Source: Bacteroidales bacterium UBA1215 (GTDB lineage: Bacteria > Bacteroidota > Bacteroidia > Bacteroidales > WCHB1-69). From it: a stretch of DNA of 64,000 nucleotides. The stretch covers positions 5,741 to 69,740 of the forward strand of contig DBXJ01000034.1 in the NCBI GenBank assembly GCA_002309475.1. The letters run 5' to 3'. This document shows, piece by piece, positions 43,972 through 53,568 of this stretch. The notes under the pieces are model-generated. The model was not told where the DNA came from. It saw only the letters and a program-made list of their open reading frames with translations, and made no database searches. Each line of letters opens with the position of its first letter. Position 1 is the stretch's first letter. A program made the translations under genes and the position numbers.

Positions 43972-44622
43972 GTGTTTCTATCATTTTTAGAAGGATTGTT
44001 GTTAGGATTGCCCTTTGTCATTGTCATTGGGCCGGCTTTTTTTGCAATTTTGCAAACAAGCATGAACAAAGGATTCTATTCCGGCATGCAATTAGCCATC
44101 GGCATTGCCTTAAGCGATAGTTTGCTTATGTTTGGATGCTATTTCGGCTTGATGCGATTTTTTGCCAACGACACTTTCCAAATCATAATAGGATTTTTAG
44201 GAACTGCTGTTTTAATGATATATGGCATCTATCTTTTTCTCCGGACAAAACTTCCACAAACAAAAAATGACATAGAAATTCCGCTCCCTCTGAAAATCAA
44301 ATGGGGAGACGTATTTACTCAAATCGGCAAAGGATTCTTTCTCAATATTATGAATCCATTTTTGTGGATGATGTGGCTGGCGATTGTTGTTTCTGCTACC
44401 AGTAATCGAACAACTGCTAATGCAGTAATATTTCTTATCGGTATAGAAATCATGATATTTTCAACCGATACCTTGAAATCTTATTTCGCCAACAAAATTT
44501 CCCACCTGCTTTCTCCCAAACTAATCTTCTATAGCAACAAAGTGGTGGGAGGATTGTTGATGTTGTTTTCAGTGATATTGTGTGTCCGCACAATAGGGCA
44601 TTTTATTTTCCACCTATTTTAA
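43972..44622 (+). CDS. LysE family amino-acid translocator
   Basis: About six TM helices with N-terminal FLEGLLLGLPFVIVIGPAFFAILQTS, typical of LysE/RhtB. GTG start as in the ORF track. Confidence 0.7.
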   Translation: MFLSFLEGLLLGLPFVIVIGPAFFAILQTSMNKGFYSGMQLAIGIALSDSLLMFGCYFGLMRFFANDTFQIIIGFLGTAVLMIYGIYLFLRTKLPQTKNDIEIPLPLKIKWGDVFTQIGKGFFLNIMNPFLWMMWLAIVVSATSNRTTANAVIFLIGIEIMIFSTDTLKSYFANKISHLLSPKLIFYSNKVVGGLLMLFSVILCVRTIGHFIFHLF

Positions 44623-44631
44623 TCCATCTGC

Positions 44632-45243
44632 ATGAGCATCAACTTTTTCATTATCATCATCACTTGTGCTGTTTCTATCATTTCTTTTCGACAAGCATCA
44701 TGGTTCAACCGCTTGTGTTTTAGTCCGACAGCCATCGTTCAATATAATCAATGGGATAGAATGATTTCCTATGGATTTGTACATGCTAATTGGTCTCACT
44801 TGCTTATTAATATGTTTGTTCTTTATATGTTTGGTTCTATTGTAGAAGATACTTACTGCTACTTGTGGGACAACTGGGGAAAATTTATGTATCTAATTCT
44901 TTATCTTTCTGCCATTATAGTTTCCACATTACCGGATTTTATCAAACACAAAGAAGACTACAACTACATCGCTATTGGGGCTTCAGGAGCTACCTCTGCC
45001 ATTGTATTCGCATCCATTTTGCTTTTCCCGACACAAAAATTATATCTTTTCTTTATTCCCATCGGCATTCCAGCTGTTATTTTCGGCATCGGATATCTCG
45101 CCTATTCCGCCTATATGAACAAACACGGACAAGACAACATCGGCCACAACACACATTTTTGGGGTGGCATTTATGGATTTGTTTTCAGTTTGATTTTCAA
45201 ACCTCAACTTTTCATCGAATTTTTAGATAAAATATTCCACTAA
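44632..45243 (+). CDS. rhomboid family intramembrane serine protease
   Basis: Six TM helices; HANWSHLLINM, catalytic GASGA and a downstream H in a TM helix (NTHFWGGIYG). Confidence 0.8.
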   Translation: MSINFFIIIITCAVSIISFRQASWFNRLCFSPTAIVQYNQWDRMISYGFVHANWSHLLINMFVLYMFGSIVEDTYCYLWDNWGKFMYLILYLSAIIVSTLPDFIKHKEDYNYIAIGASGATSAIVFASILLFPTQKLYLFFIPIGIPAVIFGIGYLAYSAYMNKHGQDNIGHNTHFWGGIYGFVFSLIFKPQLFIEFLDKIFH

Positions 45244-47159
45244 TCGTGGAATCGCCATGCAATGCCTACGGCAAAACCCATATCTTTGCTGGGATAATGT
45301 GGTGTAAAATAATAATTTCTTCCAAACAAACCCGCCCAAGCATGTGTCCATTTAGCTTGTAAAACAAATCGATTTATTTTTGCTTTCAAAAATACATCTA
45401 AATAACCATAATTGCCAACTTTAGTATCCGATTGAAGATAAAATTGTTGCAAAGCCGGATTGTATGCATCGGCATAGTAAGATGTATTGTACAAGAAATC
45501 CAAACCTAACACCACAAATAATTTTTCCTCTAATTTCTTTTTGCAGAAATAAAACCCGTAAAACATCGTTTGTCTGGTGGCAAAAACAGGAATGTGCAAC
45601 TGCTTGTTGTCACAATATTGCAGATACATATTTGCCGTCCAGCCAAAACCTTTGATAGTAAACGGAATATATGCTGCCAATTGATAAACATTGGTCAATT
45701 TGTCCATCTGCATTACCTTGCTTTTTTCTTGAAAAACAGTGTAATGATTCAACATATAATAATTTGCACTAATCTCATAGGACAAATATTTCCATTTAAC
45801 ATCAACAAGGAAGTTTTGCTGCTTTTTTAAATGATTGTTCCACAAATAATTGTTGGATAAATAATGCGAAAAAATATAATCGGGTGAAAAATTATAAAAT
45901 TTCACATCTGTCTCTATGGTATGTTGCCATGTATGTTGCTTGCCAATATCCAGACATACATTTCCTTCAACCGTTACATCTCCTGCATTGTAGCCGTTGA
46001 TAGTAAAATACGCATCTGCAGCTATTTCTAAACGACCAAACAATCTTGTCTGTATGGTGGCAAATGGAGTGAATTGGTTGTCTAAAAATCGACCGGTGGT
46101 ATCATATACCATATTCAAAGAATGATTGACACCTGCCGCTAAATGAAGAAAATACGGTTTTTCAATAATGGTATCTTCAGGCATATAACTTGACCAATAG
46201 ACACTGTTTTTCAACTGACGAAAACGAATGCGGGTGTAGGTGGTATCATTATTAAATAAATGATAATCATAAAAATCGGTTGCCGACACTTCATCGTCAT
46301 GAAAAATATATCTTGTAGCATGATAGTCCAAATCGTGAACTATATAACCGACATTCACCTTTCTTTTATCTTCTTTTGCATTAGGAGAAATGGATAAATA
46401 ATGCCTTAAAAAAATATGATTGTCCATTGTATTATTTTCTGCAGTCGTAAAATGAACATCTAACAGACGCACATTTTTTTTCGCAGCAAAGGCAGTATCG
46501 TACAAAATACCTCCGTTTTCACCCAACTTCATCATTGTAAAAGAATAATATAGTTTTATACCATATCGTCGATTGGGCATCACATAGTCTAAACCCACAC
46601 CAACATTGACATCTCTTAATGCTTGATTGACATAGCGACCTTCTGCTAAGATAGTTTCCAAACCTGCATTCAATGTCAGACCTTCGTAAATATGTTGTGC
46701 ATGAGTAGCCGAAAAGTGATTTTCTTTTCCGGAAGCAAAATCGTATGATAAATTGGTATAAACTGTCGGCAATGAATAAATTTTCCAATTTTCAAACGTC
46801 CTCAAATAACTATCATAAGGCAATTGTTTATACTGAAAGCCATGTTTACGAGAAAAATTAAAATTCATTGCTTTTTGTGCCTGTCCAAAACAACCTAAAG
46901 TAGCATAAAGATGATGACTATTTAAGGAAATATCTTCACAATAAGCATTCAATACTGATGTATCTATCAATTGCAAATCCTTACATTTGGCAATAGAAGT
47001 ATTGAGATAATAAAAATAGGCAGGAGCATAATTCAAACCTCCTTCTTTATCCATCGTAGCGGTAGTGTCTTCGTTTGTTGTTTCCTGAGCAAACAAATTG
47101 CCACTGCCTATCATCAAAATGGACAACACAAAAAATGCTCTTACATATTTTACAAACAT
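45240..47159 (-). CDS. putative outer-membrane porin / large beta-barrel protein
   Basis: Signal peptide MFVKYVRAFFVLSILMIGSGNLFAQ. The 639-aa sequence is rich in Y/N/G with alternating strands and ends ..AVGIAWRFHD. Confidence 0.6.
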   Translation of the reverse strand: MFVKYVRAFFVLSILMIGSGNLFAQETTNEDTTATMDKEGGLNYAPAYFYYLNTSIAKCKDLQLIDTSVLNAYCEDISLNSHHLYATLGCFGQAQKAMNFNFSRKHGFQYKQLPYDSYLRTFENWKIYSLPTVYTNLSYDFASGKENHFSATHAQHIYEGLTLNAGLETILAEGRYVNQALRDVNVGVGLDYVMPNRRYGIKLYYSFTMMKLGENGGILYDTAFAAKKNVRLLDVHFTTAENNTMDNHIFLRHYLSISPNAKEDKRKVNVGYIVHDLDYHATRYIFHDDEVSATDFYDYHLFNNDTTYTRIRFRQLKNSVYWSSYMPEDTIIEKPYFLHLAAGVNHSLNMVYDTTGRFLDNQFTPFATIQTRLFGRLEIAADAYFTINGYNAGDVTVEGNVCLDIGKQHTWQHTIETDVKFYNFSPDYIFSHYLSNNYLWNNHLKKQQNFLVDVKWKYLSYEISANYYMLNHYTVFQEKSKVMQMDKLTNVYQLAAYIPFTIKGFGWTANMYLQYCDNKQLHIPVFATRQTMFYGFYFCKKKLEEKLFVVLGLDFLYNTSYYADAYNPALQQFYLQSDTKVGNYGYLDVFLKAKINRFVLQAKWTHAWAGLFGRNYYFTPHYPSKDMGFAVGIAWRFHD

Positions 47160-47163
47160 GTTG

Positions 47164-47171
47164 CAAAGATA
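47164..47171 (-). promoter_or_regulatory. -7 promoter box only 4 nt upstream of the porin ATG
   Basis: The minus strand reads TATCTTTG-CAAC-ATG. Confidence 0.45.
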
Positions 47172-47259
47172 ACATTTTTTTGCCTAACTTTTTTCAATTG
47201 CAACTTTTAAGCAATTTTTTATTTTCATTTTCGTTTTTTACATTAAATATTTATTCAAA

Positions 47260-47889
47260 ATGGTGGAAATAGATACAAATTTGGCAGATTATATCAATAA
47301 AAATATTATTCCGCAATATGCTCATTTTGACCATGCTCACAATCTTGACCATGTTCAAACAGTTATCAAAACAAGTTTAGAATTGGCAGCTCACTACCAA
47401 GTAAATATCAATATGGTGTTTACTATTGCCGCCTATCACGATTTAGGCATTGCCATTGACCGCGATACACATCATATTGAATCGGGAAAAATTCTTTTAG
47501 CCGACAACAATCTTAAAAAATGGTTTTCAGAAGAGAAAATCGGCATCATGAAAGAAGCCGTTGAAGACCATCGAGCCTCATCTAAAACAGCCCCTCGAAG
47601 CATTTACGGAAAAATTGTCGCAGAAGCCGATAGGGATATTTCCACACACAAGATTTTGCTTCGCACCATTCAATTCGGCTTGGACAAATATCCTAACGAA
47701 AGCAAAGAATTTCATTATCAACGATTTCTACAACATTTGAACGAAAAATACGCCGAAGGCGGCTATTTAAAATTATGGATACCATATTCCGACAATGCCG
47801 CCAATTTGAAAAAATTGCAAATGCTGATAAAAGATAAAAATCGACTTAGACAAGCATTTGAAAAAATTTTCACTAAAATTCATCCATAA
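47260..47889 (+). CDS. HD domain-containing phosphohydrolase
   Basis: HNLDHV ... AAYHDLG ... EDHR metal-binding pattern; 209 aa. Confidence 0.75.
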   Translation: MVEIDTNLADYINKNIIPQYAHFDHAHNLDHVQTVIKTSLELAAHYQVNINMVFTIAAYHDLGIAIDRDTHHIESGKILLADNNLKKWFSEEKIGIMKEAVEDHRASSKTAPRSIYGKIVAEADRDISTHKILLRTIQFGLDKYPNESKEFHYQRFLQHLNEKYAEGGYLKLWIPYSDNAANLKKLQMLIKDKNRLRQAFEKIFTKIHP

Positions 47890-47894
47890 AAAAA

Positions 47895-47921
47895 AGCAGC
47901 GAAAATCGCTGCTTTTTTTTT
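47895..47921. terminator. bidirectional rho-independent terminator between convergent genes
   Basis: agcagcga pairs with tcgctgct (loop aaa), flanked by an A-run and a T9 run. Confidence 0.7.
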
Positions 47922-47934
47922 ACATTAATATTTA

Positions 47935-50457
47935 TTATTTCTTATCGAAGATAAGTTTTTGATTTGCCTTATCGATTCTATAAGTACCGAAGTTGTCTTC
48001 AAATGTTTCTCTTCCGATTACTACAGGAACTTTTTGTCCTTTTACAACCGTCATTTCCACATTTTCCATCACATCATCGCTAATACGTAAAGTTTGTAGA
48101 TAAACTTTCACGCCATCAATGATAGTACCATCTTCAGCTACAATAGCCTTTTCTCCCAATTCAAAGTCACCTACAGTGATAATAGCTTCTTTCAAAAATG
48201 CCATGGCTTGATCGTATGAAATAGTCATTTTTTCACCTTTAGGTTCCAATAAGAATTTCATTGTTTTGCTATTCAAATAGCAAGTACCATAAGTTAAGTC
48301 TTCATCTGTCTCAACCGGAATAGAAACTTCTGTTACGATATTGACAATGGATGCTCCGCCGTCTTCTACTGCATCTACATGTCCTTTTGGAACATAATCG
48401 TCTCTTAGAATCATAAATTCAGTACGACGATTCAAATCGTGAGCGGCTTCTTGGTCTTTCTTCGGCAAACTCAAGATGAAAGCACTATCCAAAACAGTTC
48501 CTTTTTTGAAAGTAATACCTCTTGATACTTTATCTTTTTCCAAAACGCGAGGTACTTTTTCACCATAACCTTTTGCTACCAAACGGTCAGGATCTATACC
48601 CGATTCTATCAAGAAACGTACGCAAGATTCTGCACGACGTTGTGACAAGGTATCATTGGTCATTGGAATAGGTCTAAAGTCGGTGTGAGAACGCAACTCA
48701 ATAACCAAAGTCGGGTTATCTTGCATAATCTTCAACAAACCACGCAAAGAATCTTCATATTGCGGTTTCAAATCCCATTTTGCCAAATCGTACAAAATAT
48801 CAGGCAAAACAACCGGTTCTTTCGGAATAGGATTGATTAAGAAATCATGACGCAAGTCTTTATTTTCGGTTAATCCTACTGTGGTTTCTCTACCTTTACA
48901 ATTATCATTTTCATAATAACCGCTCTTTTGCACCAACAAATCATAAGTCAATTCACCCAAAACTTTTGTTTTGTCAAAACTATAATAACCTTTTACATCG
49001 GTAGTGGTTTTATAAGAAACTCCATTTGATGCAGTTAGAGTAACTGTTGCTCCGTCAACATATTGTCTAGTAACGCTATCTCTTACATAACCGGAAATGG
49101 TGAAAACCAACGGGCGGAGTTTAAATGTCCAAATATCATCCATTCCTTTGCCACCGGCACGATTAGAGGTGAAATATCCTTTTTCTACAAAAGGAAATCC
49201 TGATGCAGGATCTATTACATTGGAATGGTCGAAAATAATACCATAGTCATCTGCTTCGGAATTGATAGGATATTTTAAATTTTCCGGAGTAGTCCACTCT
49301 CCATTGACTTTTTTAGTTCTAAAAATATCATAACCACCTAAACCGACATGTCCTTTGGAAGAGAAATATAAAGTGGAATCATTTTCCAAAGATGGGAACA
49401 TTTCGTGGTCTCCACTATTGACAACAGTACCTAAGTTAACAGGATTTTCAAATGGTTTGCTTTTTTTACTACGAGAAATAGACCATAAATCGTAACCGCC
49501 ATTTGTTCCCGGCATATCCGAAACAAATATCAACTCTAATTCATCGCTGGAAATACAAGGATGAACATAGTCGAATGAATCCGGACCTATTTTTATTTCT
49601 GTAGGTGCACCCCAAGATTTTCCTTTTTTAGTAACTTGATACAATTTACAATAAGAAAGAGTCTTTTTTTCGTTAGGACAACGAGTAAAATACATAGTTG
49701 TTCCTTTAGGATTGAAAGTGGCTTCACCTTCGTTGGCATCCGAATTGACAATATTTTCTTTATCTAACAAAACAGGAGTAGTCCATTCCCCCGGAAAATC
49801 TACCAATTTGCTTTTTGGTTTGGTAGTGCTATATAAATCTGAAAATGCCTGACCTGACCATACATCCATATTTTTACCGGTACTACCTTCTCGAGAAGAA
49901 GTAAATACTATTTGATTTTCTTTAGTAGGAAGCCCCCATGCCGGAGACCAATCACTTTGAGCAGTATTCCATTTTTTCATGTTCTCCACCTCATGACGAG
50001 TTGGATTATTAATCCACTGCGGAGCTACTTTACAAGATTCTATTCTAGATTCTACTCTCGGATCTTTTGGACGCAATTTCTGATATTTTTCATAATACTT
50101 CAAAGCGGTCGGATAATCCTTTTTAATTCTATAAATATCTGCTAAACGCAAGAAAATAAGCGGATTGTCTTTTTGATAATTGACTTTTTCCAAACGCAAA
50201 TATTGTTGCTCTGCTTTTTTCAAATCTCCGCTCATGGAATAGCATTCTGCCATACGGAACATAATACGGCGTTTTTCAACCGGATTCTTCTTAACTTTTC
50301 CGTATGCTTTTTTATATAATTCCGCTGCTTCTGTGTATTGAAACGTTGCAAACGCTTTGTCAGCTTCGGCAGATGGAGATTTTTGAGCAAATGCTGAAAT
50401 ATTGATTATCAGCATCATGGCAAACAAATAACCTAACTTTCGTAATCCTTTAATCAT
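47935..50457 (-). CDS. OmpA family outer-membrane-associated protein with TPR, TolB-like beta-propeller and CarboxypepD_reg-like modules plus a ~140-aa C-terminal extension
   Basis: Signal peptide. TPR-like helices at aa 35-135. Repeated propeller-like blades (..YFTS.R..G..D(I/L)W..). ISGYVRDSVTRQYVDGATVTL. OmpA_C block LRSHTDFRPIPMTNDTLSQRRAESCVRFLIESGIDPDRLVAKGYGE...NRRTEFMIL ends near aa 685; the protein continues to aa 840. Confidence 0.85.
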   Translation of the reverse strand: MIKGLRKLGYLFAMMLIINISAFAQKSPSAEADKAFATFQYTEAAELYKKAYGKVKKNPVEKRRIMFRMAECYSMSGDLKKAEQQYLRLEKVNYQKDNPLIFLRLADIYRIKKDYPTALKYYEKYQKLRPKDPRVESRIESCKVAPQWINNPTRHEVENMKKWNTAQSDWSPAWGLPTKENQIVFTSSREGSTGKNMDVWSGQAFSDLYSTTKPKSKLVDFPGEWTTPVLLDKENIVNSDANEGEATFNPKGTTMYFTRCPNEKKTLSYCKLYQVTKKGKSWGAPTEIKIGPDSFDYVHPCISSDELELIFVSDMPGTNGGYDLWSISRSKKSKPFENPVNLGTVVNSGDHEMFPSLENDSTLYFSSKGHVGLGGYDIFRTKKVNGEWTTPENLKYPINSEADDYGIIFDHSNVIDPASGFPFVEKGYFTSNRAGGKGMDDIWTFKLRPLVFTISGYVRDSVTRQYVDGATVTLTASNGVSYKTTTDVKGYYSFDKTKVLGELTYDLLVQKSGYYENDNCKGRETTVGLTENKDLRHDFLINPIPKEPVVLPDILYDLAKWDLKPQYEDSLRGLLKIMQDNPTLVIELRSHTDFRPIPMTNDTLSQRRAESCVRFLIESGIDPDRLVAKGYGEKVPRVLEKDKVSRGITFKKGTVLDSAFILSLPKKDQEAAHDLNRRTEFMILRDDYVPKGHVDAVEDGGASIVNIVTEVSIPVETDEDLTYGTCYLNSKTMKFLLEPKGEKMTISYDQAMAFLKEAIITVGDFELGEKAIVAEDGTIIDGVKVYLQTLRISDDVMENVEMTVVKGQKVPVVIGRETFEDNFGTYRIDKANQKLIFDKK

Positions 50458-50564
50458 ATTTTTAATACGTAAAATTTCAATTTGCTAAAATACTAAAAAA
50501 ATCAATATCAATCAACTTTTCGTCGATGTTTTTTTTATTTTAAAACAAGCAACTGATTTTCAAC

Positions 50565-50596
50565 AAATAAAAAAGCCGTAACAGAAAGTTACGGCT
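50565..50596 (-). terminator. rho-independent terminator after ptb
   Basis: agccgtaac pairs with gttacggct (loop agaaa). On the minus strand it is followed by a T-run. Confidence 0.65.
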
Positions 50597-50634
50597 GTAA
50601 AATGAATTAAAAAATACAAAATGATTTTCTATTA

Positions 50635-51546
50635 TTATTTTGCGGAAATTGCTGCCAAAGCAATAGAATACATCTTTGTTTTTGCAGAATCTCCACGTGA
50701 GGTAAGTACACAAGGCACTTTTGCACCGACTACCATACATCCCAATTCAGCTCCGCCGAATTTGGTGCAAGCTTTATAGAACACGTTGCCGGATTCTATA
50801 TTCGGGAATAACAAACAATCGGCATCACCTGCTACTTCACCTGTAAGTTTCTTAATTTGAGCACTTTCTTTATCTATGGCAACATCCAATGCTAAAGGAC
50901 CATCTACCAAAGCTCCTTTTATCTGACCACGGTCTCCCATCTTAGAGATAATAGCGGCTTCTACACAAGCCGGCATGCCGGTAGATACTTGTTCGGTTGC
51001 AGCCAATACAGCTACTTTCGGTTTTTCTATTTGTAAGGATTTGGCAGTGCTAACCAAATATCCCAATATGGCTTGTTTTTGCTTCATATCCGGAGCAGGA
51101 ATAATTGCCACATCGCTTGCTATCAACAATTTGTGATATTTCGGTATTTGGAAAACAGCTATATGAGTAAGCATATCGTTCTTTTTACCGGGCATCAAAC
51201 CATTTTCTTTGTTTAAGATAGCTCGCATATATTTGTCAGTACTGAGCAAACCCTTCATCAATATGTCGCCTTCACCTTTGTTGATAAGACTTACAGCTAC
51301 GGTGCCGGCTTTGGTTTCATCGGCTTCTTGTACTATTTTGAATACCGATGCATCAAAGTTATGTTCTTTACAAACATTTTTAATTGTTTCTTCATCGCCG
51401 ACCAATGTAGCTTCTACTATACCTGCCTGTATGGCATTATACACAGCTTCTATGGTGTGAGCATCGTTAGCGTATGCTGCTACCAATCTTTTTTTACCTT
51501 TAGCTTTTACAACTTCTAAAAGTTGATCTAATTTAGTTATACTCAT
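50635..51546 (-). CDS. ptb: phosphate butyryl/acetyltransferase family protein
   Basis: The 303-aa length and sequence layout (..RLVAAYANDAHTIEAV.., ..DILMKGLLSTD.., ..GPLALDVA.., ..PNIESGNVFYK..) are typical of phosphate butyryltransferase. Confidence 0.8.
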   Translation of the reverse strand: MSITKLDQLLEVVKAKGKKRLVAAYANDAHTIEAVYNAIQAGIVEATLVGDEETIKNVCKEHNFDASVFKIVQEADETKAGTVAVSLINKGEGDILMKGLLSTDKYMRAILNKENGLMPGKKNDMLTHIAVFQIPKYHKLLIASDVAIIPAPDMKQKQAILGYLVSTAKSLQIEKPKVAVLAATEQVSTGMPACVEAAIISKMGDRGQIKGALVDGPLALDVAIDKESAQIKKLTGEVAGDADCLLFPNIESGNVFYKACTKFGGAELGCMVVGAKVPCVLTSRGDSAKTKMYSIALAAISAK

Positions 51547-51566
51547 TTCTTTTACTTAATCTTATG

Positions 51567-52130
51567 TTAAACAGTCATTATTTCTTTCTCTTTCATGGCA
51601 AACAACTTGTCAATATCAGCAATAAAGGTATCGGTTGCTTTTTGGATGTCGTTTTCCAACTTTTTGATTTCGTCTTCTGAAACGCCATTGTCTTTCAATT
51701 TTTTGGCTTGATCGTTGGCATTTCTACGAATGTTTCTTATATTGACTTTTGCTTGTTCGGTTTCTTGTTTTGTTCTTTTTACCAATTCTTTACGTCTTTC
51801 TTCCGTCAAAGTTGGCACTATTACACGGATTATTTCTCCATTATTTTGTGGATTGAAACCCAAATTGGCAGCCATTATCGCTTTTTCAATAGGTCCTATC
51901 ATGCTTTTTTCCCAAGGTTGAATCAATATTTGCTTAGGATCCGGTGTGCCTATGCTTGCCACTTGCTCAATAGGGGTCGGCGTACCATAATAATCTACTT
52001 TGACACCTTCCAACATTTTTGGATTAGCCTTGCCTGCTCTAATTTGCTCTAATTCTTTTTTCAAAAAGTTGAGTGAATTGGTCATATCATTTTTCATTTC
52101 ACTCAAACATTCACTACTTGTTGTTACCAT
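51567..52130 (-). CDS. frr: ribosome recycling factor
   Basis: ..LKKELEQIRAGKANPKMLEGVKVDYYGTPTPIEQVA.. is the canonical Frr pattern; 187 aa. Confidence 0.95.
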   Translation of the reverse strand: MVTTSSECLSEMKNDMTNSLNFLKKELEQIRAGKANPKMLEGVKVDYYGTPTPIEQVASIGTPDPKQILIQPWEKSMIGPIEKAIMAANLGFNPQNNGEIIRVIVPTLTEERRKELVKRTKQETEQAKVNIRNIRRNANDQAKKLKDNGVSEDEIKKLENDIQKATDTFIADIDKLFAMKEKEIMTV

Positions 52131-52150
52131 AATATTTATTTGTTTTATAA

Positions 52151-52540
52151 TTATTCTTCAGCAAAAGGACCATCATTGCCTTGTGTTTCAACAGCTCCTG
52201 ATTCCATTTGCTCTTGTTGTTCTTTCTCTTTTTCTTGTTGTTCTTTCTTACGCAATTTTCTCACCTCTTTGTCTACATAAGATTTTCCCCATTTGAATAC
52301 CACCAAATAGTGAAAATAGACAATAATAAACCAAATAAGTGTCAATCCTGCACAAAATTTCAACATTGAACGACCTAAATCACTATCCTTGAACAGAAAA
52401 AAATACAATACCCAAAGCAATGCACATACTAAAATAAATATGGTGCAATGAATACGCATATTGACTCTATTTTTTGCTTTTGCCCGCCTTTTTCTTTCTT
52501 CCGGTGTTTCCTCTTGAGGAATTTGATCAATTTCTGCCAT
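52151..52540 (-). CDS. 2TM-domain small membrane protein
   Basis: Two adjacent TM helices flanked by charged N- and C-terminal tails (KRRAKAKNR.. / ..KKEQQEKEKEQQEQ). Confidence 0.5.
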   Translation of the reverse strand: MAEIDQIPQEETPEERKRRAKAKNRVNMRIHCTIFILVCALLWVLYFFLFKDSDLGRSMLKFCAGLTLIWFIIVYFHYLVVFKWGKSYVDKEVRKLRKKEQQEKEKEQQEQMESGAVETQGNDGPFAEE

Positions 52541-52543
52541 AGT

Positions 52544-53260
52544 TTATTCGTTTAAAATTTTTGTACCTACTTTTTCTCCATTTACCACTTTATATAAATT
52601 GCCTTGCGTATTCATATTGAATACTATTATAGGCATATTATTTTCTTTGCAAAGTGTAAATGCCGTCAAATCCATAATATGAAGATTTCTTTCGTAAGCT
52701 TCATCAAAAGTAATTTCATCAAATTTCACTGCATCAGGACATGTTTCCGGATTTTTGTCATATACACCATCCACTCTAGTACCTTTAAGCAATATATCTG
52801 CATGGATTTCTATAGCTCGCAAAGCACCTGCAGAATCAGTAGTAAAGAACGGATTGCCAGACCCTCCGGCTATGATTACAACATTGCCTTGCTTCAAATA
52901 GTCCATAGCACGCCTGCTGCTCATTTTTTCACATACAGGGTCTATTGCCAAACCTCCTAACACAACAGACTTTATTCCCAAAGATTCTAACATTCCTTGT
53001 AGAGCCATGCTATTGATAGTAGTAGCCAACATACCCATATAATCCCCTTGTACACGGTCGAATCCGTTTTTAGCACCTTGTAATCCGCGAAAGATATTTC
53101 CGCCACCGATTACAACTGCAATTTCCACTCCACAATCAACTGCAGATTTAATCTCTGTTGAAAAATAATTCAGCATTTCGGTATCTATACCGCTGCCGCT
53201 TTTTCCTGCCAAGGACTCTCCACTTATTTTTAATAAAATTCTTTTGTACTTTACCATCAA
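52544..53260 (-). CDS. pyrH: UMP kinase
   Basis: KRILLKISGESL, VIGGGNIFRG and amino-acid-kinase fold blocks; sits in the pyrH-frr neighbourhood. Confidence 0.95.
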   Translation of the reverse strand: MMVKYKRILLKISGESLAGKSGSGIDTEMLNYFSTEIKSAVDCGVEIAVVIGGGNIFRGLQGAKNGFDRVQGDYMGMLATTINSMALQGMLESLGIKSVVLGGLAIDPVCEKMSSRRAMDYLKQGNVVIIAGGSGNPFFTTDSAGALRAIEIHADILLKGTRVDGVYDKNPETCPDAVKFDEITFDEAYERNLHIMDLTAFTLCKENNMPIIVFNMNTQGNLYKVVNGEKVGTKILNE

Positions 53261-53331
53261 TCTATATTCTATTGAAAATCTTTTAAATAACCGGCAAATT
53301 TTTACATGATTGCCGACTTACAAACCAAGTG

Positions 53332-53339
53332 CAAAGATA
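53332..53339 (-). promoter_or_regulatory. -7 promoter box for the pyrH operon
   Basis: caaagata is the revcomp of TATCTTTG, 71 nt upstream of the ATG at 53260. Confidence 0.45.
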
Positions 53340-53547
53340 ACATTTTTTTTCAAATATTTGTGCAAAAAATTATATGGCAATATTTTTAATCATATAATTT
53401 TCTAACAATCAAACACTAAAATAATTTAAACTCAATTTATTTTGACATAAGTCACTTTCAACATCTCACTAAAACAAGAAATTTTCATACCTAAACAAAC
53501 CTCATCCGGCAAGAAGCAATAAGCAATTTTAATTCATAATTTTGTGT

Positions 53548-53555
53548 TATCTTTG
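53548..53555 (+). promoter_or_regulatory. -7 promoter box for the M3 peptidase gene
   Basis: TATCTTTG lies inside the ORF-track extension (MCYLCKKKIM), 13 nt upstream of the ATG at 53569. Confidence 0.5.
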
Positions 53556-53568
53556 CAAAAAAAAGATT

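Noticed and set aside
53261-53568. Large AT-rich intergenic regions (53261..53568, 18812..19026, 32879..33168, 50458..50634), considered as possible sRNA or riboswitch loci.
   Set aside because: I could not find conserved-looking structured motifs, orphan promoter-terminator pairs or known riboswitch cores by eye. They contain the divergent promoter boxes already listed.
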